A model generated the notes under the pieces. It was not told the origin of the DNA, did not search any database, and worked only from the letters and a program-made list of their open reading frames with translations. From the human T2T-CHM13v2.0 reference genome, Homo sapiens: DNA of 64,000 bases. The stretch is from the NCBI RefSeq assembly GCF_009914755.1, contig NC_060944.1. One strand, 5' to 3'. Each line of letters starts with the position of its first letter. The stretch's first letter is position 1. Below, one piece after another: positions 19,528-39,126 of this stretch. The position numbers and the translations under genes are program-made.

Positions 19528-20349
19528 GTATGTTGGTGATCATCCTCTGTGGACTTATTGCCATTTTTACTTTTTCAAAAGATGCAGAATTAAGTCTTTC
19601 CTCAAAAGAAGCAACTAAAATAAGCAAGCCCTGTTCCTTTATTAGTCACACAGTCCTGGGCTGATATTCTTTGTATTAGCAGGTTCAGTTCTTAGAACGT
19701 GCTAATGTTGCTTGGTATATAACATCATTATTAAACCCTGTTTACTCAGACATCTAATACTTAAATTTCTTGCCACTTTTCTTCTCTCTCAAAATAGTAT
19801 ACATTCATTATAGAAAAATAAAATATATAGTTACCCGTCTTTCCTTCTCTATATTGAAAAGTCAGTATGACTGTATTGAAAGCCATCCATAACCCATAGA
19901 TTGCCCTTGTTAACATCTTACTTATATCCATCTAGATTTTTCTCCATCTCACGTATTTTTCCACTTAAATAGAATAATACAGTATGTATCCTGTGTTGCA
20001 ACCTGCTTTTTAAACAATTTATATTATGAACATTCTCTCAGGCCCATAGATATGTCTGCCACATTATATTTTTAAATAGCCTTACTGTTCTCTTAAAAGT
20101 TGCTTTAAAATTAAATATAAACATTCAAAATAGGAAGTAATATGATGTGAGTGTCCCTCTAGACCCCATTTTCTTTGTCTTTTTACCAGTGTTTCTCAAT
20201 CTTTTTCATTATTGCCCCTTCCTCCAAGAAAACTTTGTAGACATTTTTTCCTAATCATCATTCCCCATTAAGTTGTAATGCCAGCAATAAACTGGATATC
20301 CATATGCTACATGTATATCTGTGCTTTATACATAAAAAGAATAAGGGTT

Positions 20350-22781
<2,432 letters not shown>

Positions 22782-23466
22782 GTAAGCAGACAGCAGTTCT
22801 TGGCCACCTTCAGTCCAATGATCCAGCAGCACATGGTACTGTGTTTCACACTTCCCTTGTTCCAAGAAGTTTCAGTGTCATGTCTCTTTGTCAGTGTAAG
22901 TGCAGGAACGGTTTTACAACTTTTCAGACTCATGCAGTCTCTAGAGTCCTTTCATATGGAATTGTCTCTGTATCCCCACCAACCAAGATTTTGCCCAGTT
23001 TTGCTTTTCTTGGCATATGAATGCTAAAAAAGTCTGTTTATTGAACACATAAAAAACACATTTTTACTAGCTAGTGGATTGAATCTCTTGATGTGGGGTG
23101 TGGAGGGACAGGATGCCTGCAAACCTCAGTTCCCTGTTCTGTTGGAAACCTCTGCTTCATCGATACAGATGTAAGCCCCAGATTCGACACAGGGAAGCCA
23201 AACATTTCTTTGTAGTAAACAAACTACTACAAGGATGTCAGCGCTGTGGAGTGAAGAAAGCAGAGGCTTCAGAGCCAGAGAGAGCTGCATTTAGATCTTG
23301 GATCCTCCACTTGAGAGCAGTTCCTTGGCTATATGACTTGCCAAGCCTCATCTGAAAAATGGGAATATGGAAAATCATCTTACAGGATTGATTAAATGAA
23401 ATATCGGTGTTGTCCTGAGCATGGGGCCTTGTACTTTATAAATTATCTCTATTGTTCCTGTCATTA

Positions 23467-24150
<684 letters not shown>

Positions 24151-24623
24151 TAAGTGTTAAGAAAATAGTTCATGAAAATGTACCATTTCTTACCATACCT
24201 GAACTCCGGCATGGGCAGTGGGGAGGGAGGGCTGTGAGGTAGGTGGATAAAGAGCGCCATCTTCATGGTGTGTGAAACAGAGTGAGCCAGGTGTCTCAGC
24301 CTCCCACAAGTGATGTAAAGTCATTGATTCTTGCAGTACAGTTGCAGAACTCGCTCTCCAGAATCAGTTGACACTTTGCTCCTGCTGTATTCTCTACTTT
24401 GTGATGGAAAGAGACAAATAGGAGTTGGCAGCTCTTGTTCTCAAAGGGCCTGCGATTCCAGAAGGACCCAACTCATGCCATCTGCCCTCATTCTCCTGAC
24501 ATTTAGGTGCTATTAATTCTTTAAAATTCTACTCATTGGTAAAGGAGCAAGGCCTTCTCAAGAAACATACTGTTTGACATTTTTTCTTTTAGCACTGTTG
24601 TGGTTTTTCATTTTCTTTGCCAG

Positions 24624-24858
24624 ATCCCATGAGCTGCGTTCCAAGGTGGTTTCCCTGCAGCTGCTCCTCTCTGTGTTGCAAAATGCTGGCCCCGTATTCA
24701 GGACTCACGAGATGTTCATCAATGCAATCAAGCAATATCTCTGTGTGGCCTTGTCCAAAAACGGCGTCTCTTCAGTGCCTGATGTCTTTGAGCTCTCTCT
24801 TGCCATTTTTCTTACTCTTCTTTCAAACTTTAAAATGCACTTGAAAATGCAGATAGAG
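24624..24858 (+). CDS. ARFGEF2: exon 10 (235 nt), SHELRSK...LKMQIE, HUS domain
   Basis: tgccag|ATCCCA ... ATAGAG|gtacgg. Confidence 0.97.
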
Positions 24859-25122
24859 GTACGGATTCCAAAGTTTTTTCATTTCATTATTTACTATTAT
24901 TATTAGTCATTAATTATAATACTCAATATTGAGAATGCTGCTAATATTACACTAAGCATTAGGAAAATGGTTCATGAAAATGTTTCATATCTTACCATCC
25001 TGGAACTCAGAAGTGGGCAGGGGCAGGGAGGGTAAATGGCATATTCATCGGCTGGCACCCCAGTAAATCAGAACTTTTTGAATGAGTAAGAGAATATCTT
25101 TTTATAAAAAGTTACTGCCCCC

Positions 25123-25448
<326 letters not shown>

Positions 25449-25829
25449 TTAACCAATATGGTCTGTCTGCTGGGCTCAGCCCCCTAAACATATCTGTTTG
25501 GTCTGTAAATTGTTTGAAATCATTTAGATTAGTCGCCAAATTGAGAAATCCTATTTTACATGAAAATCCAGATTTCTGGTTTCTCTCCAAAAAGTCACAG
25601 TATGGGTCCTGCATTTCCACTTGGCAGCTCCCCAGTGGGCCCCACCCTGCCAGCCGTCCCCACCAAGGCCAGGGTCCCGTTGCTGCCCAGCCAGGTGGGC
25701 ACTCCACTCTTCTTCTGCCCAGGGTGCTTTACTTACTGCACGACTGGGTTGGCTGCTGAAGACTTTGGAGGTTTTGAGCCCTGGTTGAAACTGTTAATTA
25801 GTGTCCTCCTTTGTCTTTATGTCATATAG

Positions 25830-25973
<144 letters not shown>

Positions 25974-26084
25974 TAATTTGCCACAGCTCAGATTAAGACT
26001 TCTAACCCCTCCTTTTAGAGTTTTAAAGGATTGGCAATAAAAGGCTAATTCTAACCTAGTCCTGCCCCACCTCTCCTTTTTTAG

Positions 26085-26195
26085 AGGATGACCAACTTAG
26101 GCTGGTTTGCCAAGGACTTCCTGGTTTTAGCACTAAAAGTCTCATGTCCCAGAAACCCCCTAATCTCGTCAAACTGGGACACTTGGTTACGTTAC
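26085..26195. mobile_element. MER81-like hAT MITE
   Basis: ggatgaccaac...ggttttagcactaaaagtc...aaactgggacacttggttac, with terminal inverted similarity. Confidence 0.6.
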
Positions 26196-26648
26196 CTACA
26201 AGCTGAGTACTGTTAATCACAGGACCTAAGATACTGGTGCTGCCAATTTTTGATTGGGTGCTACGGTAAATGTGGATTTACCTTACACTATACAATTGTG
26301 TGGCCTCAAAGTAAGCATCCTGCTTGTCTGGCATCAAATGTAATTTTGTAAGAGTGACACAACTTTAAGAGGTGGGTCAGGCAATTGTTAACCCCTTCCT
26401 TGATGAGAAAATTGAGGCTTGGATGGGTGGAATGAACTGCCTGAGATTTCAATTTGCTCAGAAGCAGGCCTAAAAACAACCTCCTGTCTTCCAGCTTCCT
26501 AGTACTTCCAACATGTGTTTCCTGAGTGAGATGTGGCCACCGGAGTCTGTAGTTCACTGGGGAAATTTGTTGGCAAACATCTTGTTTGATAAGAAAACCT
26601 AACTGCTATTTGATCAGAATTTCTGATACTTGTATGTTATTTTCCAAG

Positions 26649-26788
26649 ATGCCCAGTGTGTTGTGGATATTTATGTCAACTACGACTGTGATTTAAATGC
26701 TGCTAACATTTTTGAGCGCCTTGTAAATGATTTATCCAAAATTGCTCAGGGAAGAAGTGGACATGAGCTGGGAATGACACCTCTGCAG
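26649..26788 (+). CDS. ARFGEF2: exon 12 (140 nt), [15 protein letters not shown]...MTPLQ, includes the HUS box NYDCD
   Basis: ttccaag|ATGCCC ... CTGCAG|gtaaaa. Confidence 0.97.
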
Positions 26789-26824
26789 GTAAAAACACTG
26801 TGGACACTCAATTATATTAAAGTT

Positions 26825-27090
26825 TATTCATTCCAATAAACATTTATTGAGTGCCACCACATGCCAGGCACTGTCCTTGATACAGCAGTGAACAAAACAG
26901 GAATGCATATTCACACACTTCCTGCCATCATGAAACGACATTAAAGAAGTCAGTTCAGATGATCATAGGGGCTGCAGAGAAAAATAAAGCAGGGACGGCA
27001 GAGAGGAAGTGCTGAAGGTGGGGTGCTGTAATTCTTAATGGGGCCATTAGGGTAGTATCCCTTAGAAGGTGACCTTTGAGCTGAGACCCA
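26825..27090 (-). mobile_element. L2 fragment; others near 36940-37400(+), 47330-47720(-), 60000-60740(-)
   Basis: attcatt...aacatttattgagtgcc...tgccaggcactgt, the L2 3' end pattern. Confidence 0.7.
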
Positions 27091-27499
27091 TAGGAAGCAA
27101 ATTCATTCTCAGTCACCCTTCCAAAGATAGCGTGGAAAACAGGATCCCAGTCTGCAATAGGGGCAAAGGAGATTGGCTAGTAGCAGAATACCTCATTAGA
27201 GCACCTACAAAGAAAATAGGATGCTTAACTGTAGGTTTCTGAATGAACTGGTCAGAGGGTCTCCGAGCTCCCTGGAATTGTGTGTAGAATTTTGGTATAT
27301 GGGCATTTTTCCTAAAAGATGGTCATAGTTGTCATTAGAATCACAGAGATCTATGCTGTCCGAGTTGCTGTTTTGAATCTAAAATATTTGCAATTTTTTT
27401 AGATGATCTGCAACTCATATTCAACTTGTTATTTAAGAATGCTGTTTATTTTTGAAAATCAGTATTTTTATTTACTTAAAGGGTGAGCCTTAAAATTGA

Positions 27500-27797
<298 letters not shown>

Positions 27798-27800
27798 TGA

Positions 27801-27953
<153 letters not shown>

Positions 27954-28273
27954 TAAAATTTTTTTTTAATCACATAAGCAATGAATGAAAACTTCTTTTG
28001 AAAATCCAAATAACATTGTTCATTTTAGGAAAACACATATCCCATATTTTTGCTGCTGGGGTGTTTATAATGAGCACCTTTAGAGATGTCCAGGGCTTTT
28101 GCAATGTATCCTTGATACTTGTCACTTCTTAGCTCTGGGTTTGTTTCATTCTTAATAGCACTGACTGTCAGTGATTTCTTTCTTAGCCTCACTGGGGTCC
28201 CAGAAAGCCTCGTAGATGTCTGTTCTCTTCATTTTTCTGTTAAGTCTCTTTCCTGTGTGACTTCGTCCCTTAG

Positions 28274-28382
28274 GAGCTCAGCCTGAGGAAGAAAGGCCTG
28301 GAGTGCCTCGTGTCCATTCTCAAGTGCATGGTGGAGTGGAGCAAAGACCTGTATGTGAATCCCAACCACCAGACCAGCCTCG
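28274..28382 (+). CDS. ARFGEF2: exon 13 (109 nt), ELSLRKKG...HQTSL
   Basis: ccttag|GAGCTC ... CCTCG|gtgaga. Confidence 0.96.
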
Positions 28383-28679
28383 GTGAGACAGCATTGCTGC
28401 CACACCCACCTCCATTCATAATAGGCTCCTACGACTGCTAGGAACAGTTGTCTTAGTATAGTTGTCTTAGAATTGAAAAAGCCTTTTTAGTTTGCTAAAT
28501 ACCTATATTATTTTGAAAGTCCTGCTTTTTATTGCATCTGGAGTTGTGTGAAGTTATGCTGTAACTTCATTGTTTCAAATACAGAGCCAGTTGCTCTAGT
28601 GCCTTTTTAGTAGTTGTTCATTCCCTCACTGATTCAAAGCATCACCTTTATGATATACCACATTTTCCTATGTACGTAA

Positions 28680-28898
<219 letters not shown>

Positions 28899-29523
28899 TA
28901 ACACCAGTACCACACTTGTTTTTGGTATCTTGTAGGGCAAGTCCTCCTATTCGTTGTTCTTTAAGTTGTCTTGATCTTTTTTTGCCTTTTTTACTCTTTC
29001 ATGTGAATTTTAGAATTAGCTCATCAAGGCTGGGCACGGCAGATCATGCCTGTAACCCCAGCACTTTGGGAGGTCGAGGGTGGTGGATCACGAGGTCAGG
29101 TGTTCAAGACCAGCCTGGCCAACATAGTGAAACCCTGTCTCTACTAAAAATACAAAAAATTAGCCGGGTGTGGTGGCAGGCGCCTGTAATCCCAGGTGCT
29201 CTGGAGGCTGAGGCAGGAGAACAGCTTGAACCTGTGAGGTGGAGGTTGCACTGAGCCGAGATCGTGCCACTGCACTCCAGCCAGGGTGACAGTGCGAGAC
29301 TCCATCTCAAAAAAAAAAAAGAATTAGCTCATCAAGTTTCATGAGGAAACAAGTTTTTAAGTAAAGTATCTGAATGATACTAAGGTTTCATGCTTATAAT
29401 CCTTATAGTATTGACTTGTTGCTATTACAGGTTTGGGAAAGGGAGCCGTGCAGCCAGACCTAGCTCGGCTGTGTCTGTGTCCCACTTGCTTATTTGGCTT
29501 CCTTTACTTTTGTTTCTCCGCAG

Positions 29524-29707
29524 GTCAGGAGAGGCTCACGGATCAGGAAATAGGGGATGGGAAAGGCCTTGACATGGCAAGACGGTGTAGTGTGACGTCC
29601 ATGGAGTCCACAGTGTCCTCGGGGACCCAGACAACTGTTCAGGATGACCCTGAGCAATTTGAGGTCATCAAGCAACAAAAAGAAATCATTGAACACGGCA
29701 TCGAGCT
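29524..29707 (+). CDS. ARFGEF2: exon 14 (184 nt), GQERLTD...IEHGIE(L)
   Basis: ccgcag|GTCAGG ... GAGCT|gtgagt; ends phase 2. Confidence 0.97.
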
Positions 29708-30128
29708 GTGAGTGGGGCTGCCGTTAACTAGCAGGGATTCTAGCAAAGCCATATTTTCTCTGGGAACCTGGAACTGATTCCTAAAAAGGAAATGCCTGTT
29801 TACAAAAGGCTGGTGCTGGCACTTGTAGCTAAGCCTGATTGAGCCAGGCAATCAGTAAATGAGCGTATGTGTGTGTGTCTGTGCACACAGAGAGAGAAAA
29901 CTTTAATACCTTTGTGTGGTTGATGCAGCCTTTTTTCCCCCCTTTTCTAATGAAAATAATAAAACCAATTTAGAAAATACAGAAAAGTATAAAGTAAGAA
30001 TGTAAAAATCACTCATAAAATTACTGCCTGAGATGGCCCGGCGCAGTGGCTCACGCCTGTAATCCCAGCACTTTAGGAGGCTGAGGCAGGTGGATCATGA
30101 GGTCAGGAGATCAAGACCATCCTGGCTA

Positions 30129-30371
<243 letters not shown>

Positions 30372-30709
30372 CTATATATTACATGAAAAATTTCAGCATA
30401 CCAAAACATTACTGTTTGTCTTATTTGTTTTATTTTTTTAGGCATTTTATTTTATTTTATTTTATTTTATTTTATTTTATTTTATTTTATTTTATGTTGT
30501 TTTCTTATACTTTAAGTTCTAGGGTACGTGTGCACAACGTGCAGGTTTGTTACATAGGTATACATGTGCCATGTTGGTTTGCTGCACCCATTAACTCGTC
30601 ATTTACATTAGGTATTACTCCTAATGCTATCCCTCCCCCTGCGCCCCACCCCATAGCAGGCCCCCCTGTGTGTGATATTCCCCGCCCTGTGTCTGAGTGT
30701 TCTCATTGT

Positions 30710-34534
<3,825 letters not shown>

Positions 34535-34597
34535 TATAATGTTAGCTGGTTATTTTGCCCGTTAGTTGATGCAGTTTCTTCCTAGCATCGATGGTCT

Positions 34598-35622
34598 TTA
34601 CAATTTGGCATGGTTTTGCAGTGGCTTGTACCAGTTGTTCCTTTCTATGTTTAGTGCTTCCTTCAGGAGCTCTTGTAAGGCAGGCCTGGTGGTGACAAAA
34701 TCTCTCAGCATTTGCTTGTCTGTAAAAGATTTTATTTCTCCTTCACTTATGAAGTTTAGTTTGGCTGGATATGAAATTCTGGGTTGAAAGTTCTTTTCTT
34801 TAAGAATGTTGAATATTGGCCCTCACTCTCTTCTGGCTTGTAGAGTTTCTGCTGAGAGATCCGCTATTAGTCTGATGGGCTTCCCATAGTGGGTAACCCG
34901 ACCTTTCTCTCTGGCTGCCCTTAACATTTTTTCCTTCATTTCAACCTTGGTGAATCTGACAATTATATGTCTTGGGGTTGCTCTTCTCTAGGAGTATCTT
35001 TGTGGTGTTCTCTGTATTTCCTGAATTTGAAAGTTGGCCTGCCTTGCTAGGTTGGGGAAGTTCTCCTGGATAATATCCTGCAGAGTGTTTTCCAACTTGG
35101 TTCCATTCTCCCTGTCACTTTCAGGCATACCAATCAAACGTAGATTTGGTCTTTTCACATAGTCCCATATTTCTTGGAGGCTTTGTTCGTTTCTTTTTAT
35201 TCTTTTTTCTGTAAACTTCTCTTCTCACTTTATTTCATTAATTTGATCTTCAGTCACTGATACCCTTTCTTCCCCTTGATCAAATCTGCTATTGAAGCTT
35301 GTGCATGCGTCATGTAGTTCTCATGCCATGGTTTTCAGCTCCACCAGGTCATTTAAGGTCTTCTCTACACTGTTTATTCTAGTTAGCCATTCGTCTAATC
35401 TTTTTTCAAGGTTCTTAGCTTCCTTGCGATGGGTTCGAACATCCTCCTTTAGCTTGGAGAAGTTTGTTATTACTGACTTTCTGAAGCCTACTTCTGTCAG
35501 CTTGTCAAAGTCATTTCCATCCATCTTTGTTCTGTTGCTGGGGAGGAGCTGCAATCCTTTGGAGGAAAAGAGGTGCTCTGGTTTTTAGAATTTTCAGCTT
35601 TTCTGCTCTGGTGTCTCCCCAT
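34598..35622 (-). pseudogene. L1 ORF1, disrupted
   Basis: ATG at 35622, stop at 34598-34600; only a fragment is open (FDKLTEVGFRKSVITNFSKLKEDV...). Confidence 0.88.
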
Positions 35623-36647
35623 CTTTGTGGTTTTATATATCTTTGGTCTTTGATGCTGGTGACCTACAGATGGGGTTTTGGTGTGGATGTCATTTTATTT
35701 GTTGATGTTGCTATTCCTTTCTGTTTGTAGCTTTCCTTCTAACAGTCAGGTCCCTCAGCTGCAGGTCTGTGGGAGTTTGCTGGAGGTCCACTCCAGACCC
35801 TGTTTGCCTGGGTATCACCAGCAGAGGCTGCAGAACAGCAAATATTGCAGAACAGCAAATATTGCTGCCTGATCCTTCCTCTGGAAGCATCGTCCCAGAG
35901 GGGCACCCGCCTGTATGAGGTGTCAGTCGGCCCTTTCTGGGAGGTGTCTCCCAGTTAGGCTACATGGGGGTCAGGGTCCCACTTGAGGAGGCAGGCTGTT
36001 CTCAGAGCTCAAACACCATGCTGGGAGAACCACTGCTGAGAGCTGTCAGACAGGGATGTTTAAGTCTGCAGAAGTTTCTGCTGCCTTTTGTTCAGCTATG
36101 CCCTGCCCCCAGAGGTAGGGTCTATAGAGGCAGCAGCCCTTGCAGAGCTGTGGTGGGCTCTGCCCAGTTCGAGCTTCACCGGCACTTTGTTTACCTACTC
36201 AAGCCTCAGCAATGGCAGACACCCCTCCCCCTGCCAGGCTGCTGCCTCACAGGTCAATCTCAGACTGCTGAGCCAGCAGTGAGCAAGGCTCCGTGGGCGT
36301 GGGACCTGCTGAGCCAGGCACAGGATATAATCTCCTGGTGTGCCATTTGCTAAGACCATTGGAGAAGTGCAGTATTTGGGCAGGAGTGTCCCGATTTTCC
36401 AGGTACAGTCTGTCATGGCTTCCCTTGGCTAGGAATGGAAAATCCTCCGACCCCTTACGCTTCCCGGGTAAAGCGATGCCCCGCCCTGCTTCAGCTCACC
36501 CTACGTGGGCTGCACCCACTGTCCAACCAGTCCCAGTGAGATGAACCAGGTACCTCAGTTGGAAATGCAGAAATCACCGTCTTCTGCGTCGATCACACTG
36601 GGAGCTGCAGACCGGAGCTGTTCCTATTTGGCCATCTTGGGACGGAA
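35623..36647. promoter_or_regulatory. L1 5'UTR: sense promoter (- strand; YY1 motif CAAGATGGCC intact at 36630-36639) and antisense promoter/ORF0 region (+ strand)
   Basis: homology to the L1PA 5'UTR; ORF0-like ATG in GCAATGG context at 36212; promoter activity cannot be shown from sequence. Confidence 0.7.
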
Positions 36648-38241
36648 TCTTACTTGTTTTATTTATGTATATATTTTTCTGAACCATTTTGAAAGTAATT
36701 GGTAGCCATCATGAGACCTTAACTGAATCTCTTTGAAAAATAAAGGACATTCTCCCATATAACCACAGCACCATCATCACAATCATTGGCAAATCTTTAT
36801 GTTTCTTTCCAGTCTTTTACACACATCAACACATACACAATCATATATTCCAACTTGTAAATGATTAGTTAACTTAGTAAGTTCAACTTAAGAGTTGAAA
36901 TTACAGTACTCACTTATTAACTGACATGTTTGATCTTCTCATTTCTACTGCCGCCACTCCACCTCCCTCTAGTGTATTCTGCCCACAGCAGCTAAAGTAA
37001 TCTTTTTAAAACATAAATCAAGTCTTATCACTCTCCTGCCTAAATCATTCCAGGTTTCCTGTTCTGCACCATGGCCTGACCCAGCCCCTGGCCTCCCTTG
37101 CTGATCTCATCTCCTGCCAATTCCCCTGAGTCACACAATGTATTTTCAGTCCCTTGAACACCTTCAGCTCTTTTTACCATGGTGCCTTGTGCTTGAAATT
37201 CTCTTGGCTTTTTTCCATCCCTCAGACTTGGTAAAACATCTCTTACTCAAAGAGGCCTTCAGCAACTGCACTATCTAAACAGGTCCCAAGTTAAGTTCTG
37301 CCCTTGCCCCTATTTGTATCTTTCATGACGCTTGCCAGTTTGTGCTTACTCATGAATATCACCCTCCAGCTCAGGCCTGGTAAATAATAAGTTGAGTCTA
37401 TACATTGGTTAGCTTTGCCTTCCTTTAGCAGGAAATAAAAAATGGGCTGGGCATGGTGGCTCATGCCCGTTATCCCAGCACGTTGGGAGGCTAAGGTGGG
37501 AGGATCACTTGGAGTTCCAGACCAGCCTGGTCAACACAGTGAGACCCTGTCTCTTAAAAAAAAAAAAAAGTAGAGAAAGAAAAAAATAAATACAAAATAA
37601 CATGCTTAACTATGTATTTCTCTCTCAAGGAAATCCAAAAGTGGACAGTCTAAGGCTGCTACGGTGGCCCTTAAGGACATCAGAGATCCAGGCTCCTTTT
37701 ATCTGTCTGCTTCACCATACTTAGCCAGAGAGGGTGGCCTCATGGTATAAGATGACTGCTGGAGTACCAGCCATCCCACAAACATTCTGGAGAGGAGGAG
37801 GGAAAGAACAAAAAGAGAAAAAAGCAGACTTCCCACCTGAGTCAGCTTTGTTTAAGGGTCCTTCCTAGAAGTACCCACACCACTTCTGCTCATATCTCAC
37901 TGGCTAGAAGTTTATCACATGGCCATCCTTTATTTAAGGGAGGCAGGGAAATGTTCTTTTTATTCCACATGGCAGTGTGTCCAGCTAACACGTAGGGTTC
38001 TATTAGTGTTGGAGAAGGGGAGAGTGGATATGAGGTGACAATCAGCAGACTCTGACCAGGTATAGCTGGGTCAGAAATTGAAGGTGGAATTTAGAAAAGC
38101 TGCCAGGACAGACATGACCTTGCTAGCTTATACGTGATGGCATGTTCATAGTATTCTATTATTATTTATCTCAAATACCAGCTTTTGCTATCCTCCAGAT
38201 TTTGAAATAAGCAACTTGTGTCCCATCTCTGCTTGAAACAG

Positions 38242-38353
38242 GTTCAACAAGAAACCCAAGAGGGGGATCCAGTTTCTCCAGGAGCAGGGCATGCTGGGAA
38301 CGTCAGTTGAAGACATAGCCCAATTCCTGCACCAGGAGGAGCGCCTGGATTCC
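38242..38353 (+). CDS. ARFGEF2: exon 15 (112 nt), [12 protein letters not shown]...ERLDS, Sec7 N-terminal helices
   Basis: aaacag|GTTCAA ... GATTCC|gtaagg. Confidence 0.97.
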
Positions 38354-38445
38354 GTAAGGCTTGGGGGTGTAGCACTTGCATGTGAGTTCTGTCAGGTGAT
38401 TGTGAGCCCTTACCAGTTTTAACCTCGAGATTGTCTGGCCCTAAG

Positions 38446-38503
38446 TACATTGTCTGTTGTCCACCCCCGGGTTATACATTGTCTGTTGTCCACCCCCGGG
38501 TTA
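38446..38503. repeat. perfect 29-bp tandem duplication
   Basis: tacattgtctgttgtccacccccgggtta x2. Confidence 0.97.
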
Positions 38504-38920
38504 CAGCAGTCCTGTGTATCCCGTTGGCTAGTGTTGCAGAAAGCTCTTTGATGGGAATAAACTAGCCTCCCAGCAGGTGGCTGCATATTTGCTGGAAGAG
38601 AGTCAGAGCTGGAAGTGTTCCTTGACTGCTAGAAAGTTCTTACGGCTGCCTGTCTGCAACTAACCTCCTTAGTGTGCCCCGTCATTCTCTCCATTTTAAG
38701 TCTCTTGTGCCCCCTCCTCTTCCTTCATCCATGCAGGACAGGCTGCTTCTGGAATGGGTGGGTGGGTGGGCAGGTCAGGGAGTTCCCTAGCTTTTTTACC
38801 AGTCCAGCCTATTCTGGGCAGTTAGGGCCAGGCTATTCTGACTCCACCCTTTGGCTGCTGGCTTTTGCTGAGGGTTCGTATTTGACAATTTCTGGATATA
38901 AGTGAGTGTGTATGTTTCAG

Positions 38921-39126
38921 ACCCAAGTAGGCGATTTTCTGGGAGATAGCGCAAGGTTCAACAAGGAGGTGATGTATGCCTACGTGGACCAACTTGACTT
39001 CTGTGAAAAAGAATTTGTCTCAGCCCTGCGGACATTCCTAGAAGGTTTCCGCCTACCTGGAGAAGCCCAAAAGATTGACCGATTAATGGAGAAGTTTGCC
39101 GCAAGATACATAGAATGCAACCAAGG
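38921..39126 (+). CDS. ARFGEF2: exon 16 (206 nt), Sec7 core with the catalytic glutamic finger [13 protein letters not shown] (E738 codon at 39062-39064)
   Basis: tttcag|ACCCAA ... CAAGG|gtgagc; Sec7 motif 1. Confidence 0.98.

Noticed and set aside
30436-30500. GCCT interruption in the L1 tail as a 3' transduction
   Set aside because: Too short to separate from tail mutation
35830-35866. Tandem gcagaacagcaaatatt in the L1 5'UTR
   Set aside because: Resembles a normal feature of older L1PA 5'UTRs as I recall them, not a locus-specific event
36212-36271. Intact L1 ORF0 protein
   Set aside because: TGA at codon 20 leaves a 19-aa peptide; kept only as part of the chimeric-transcript hypothesis
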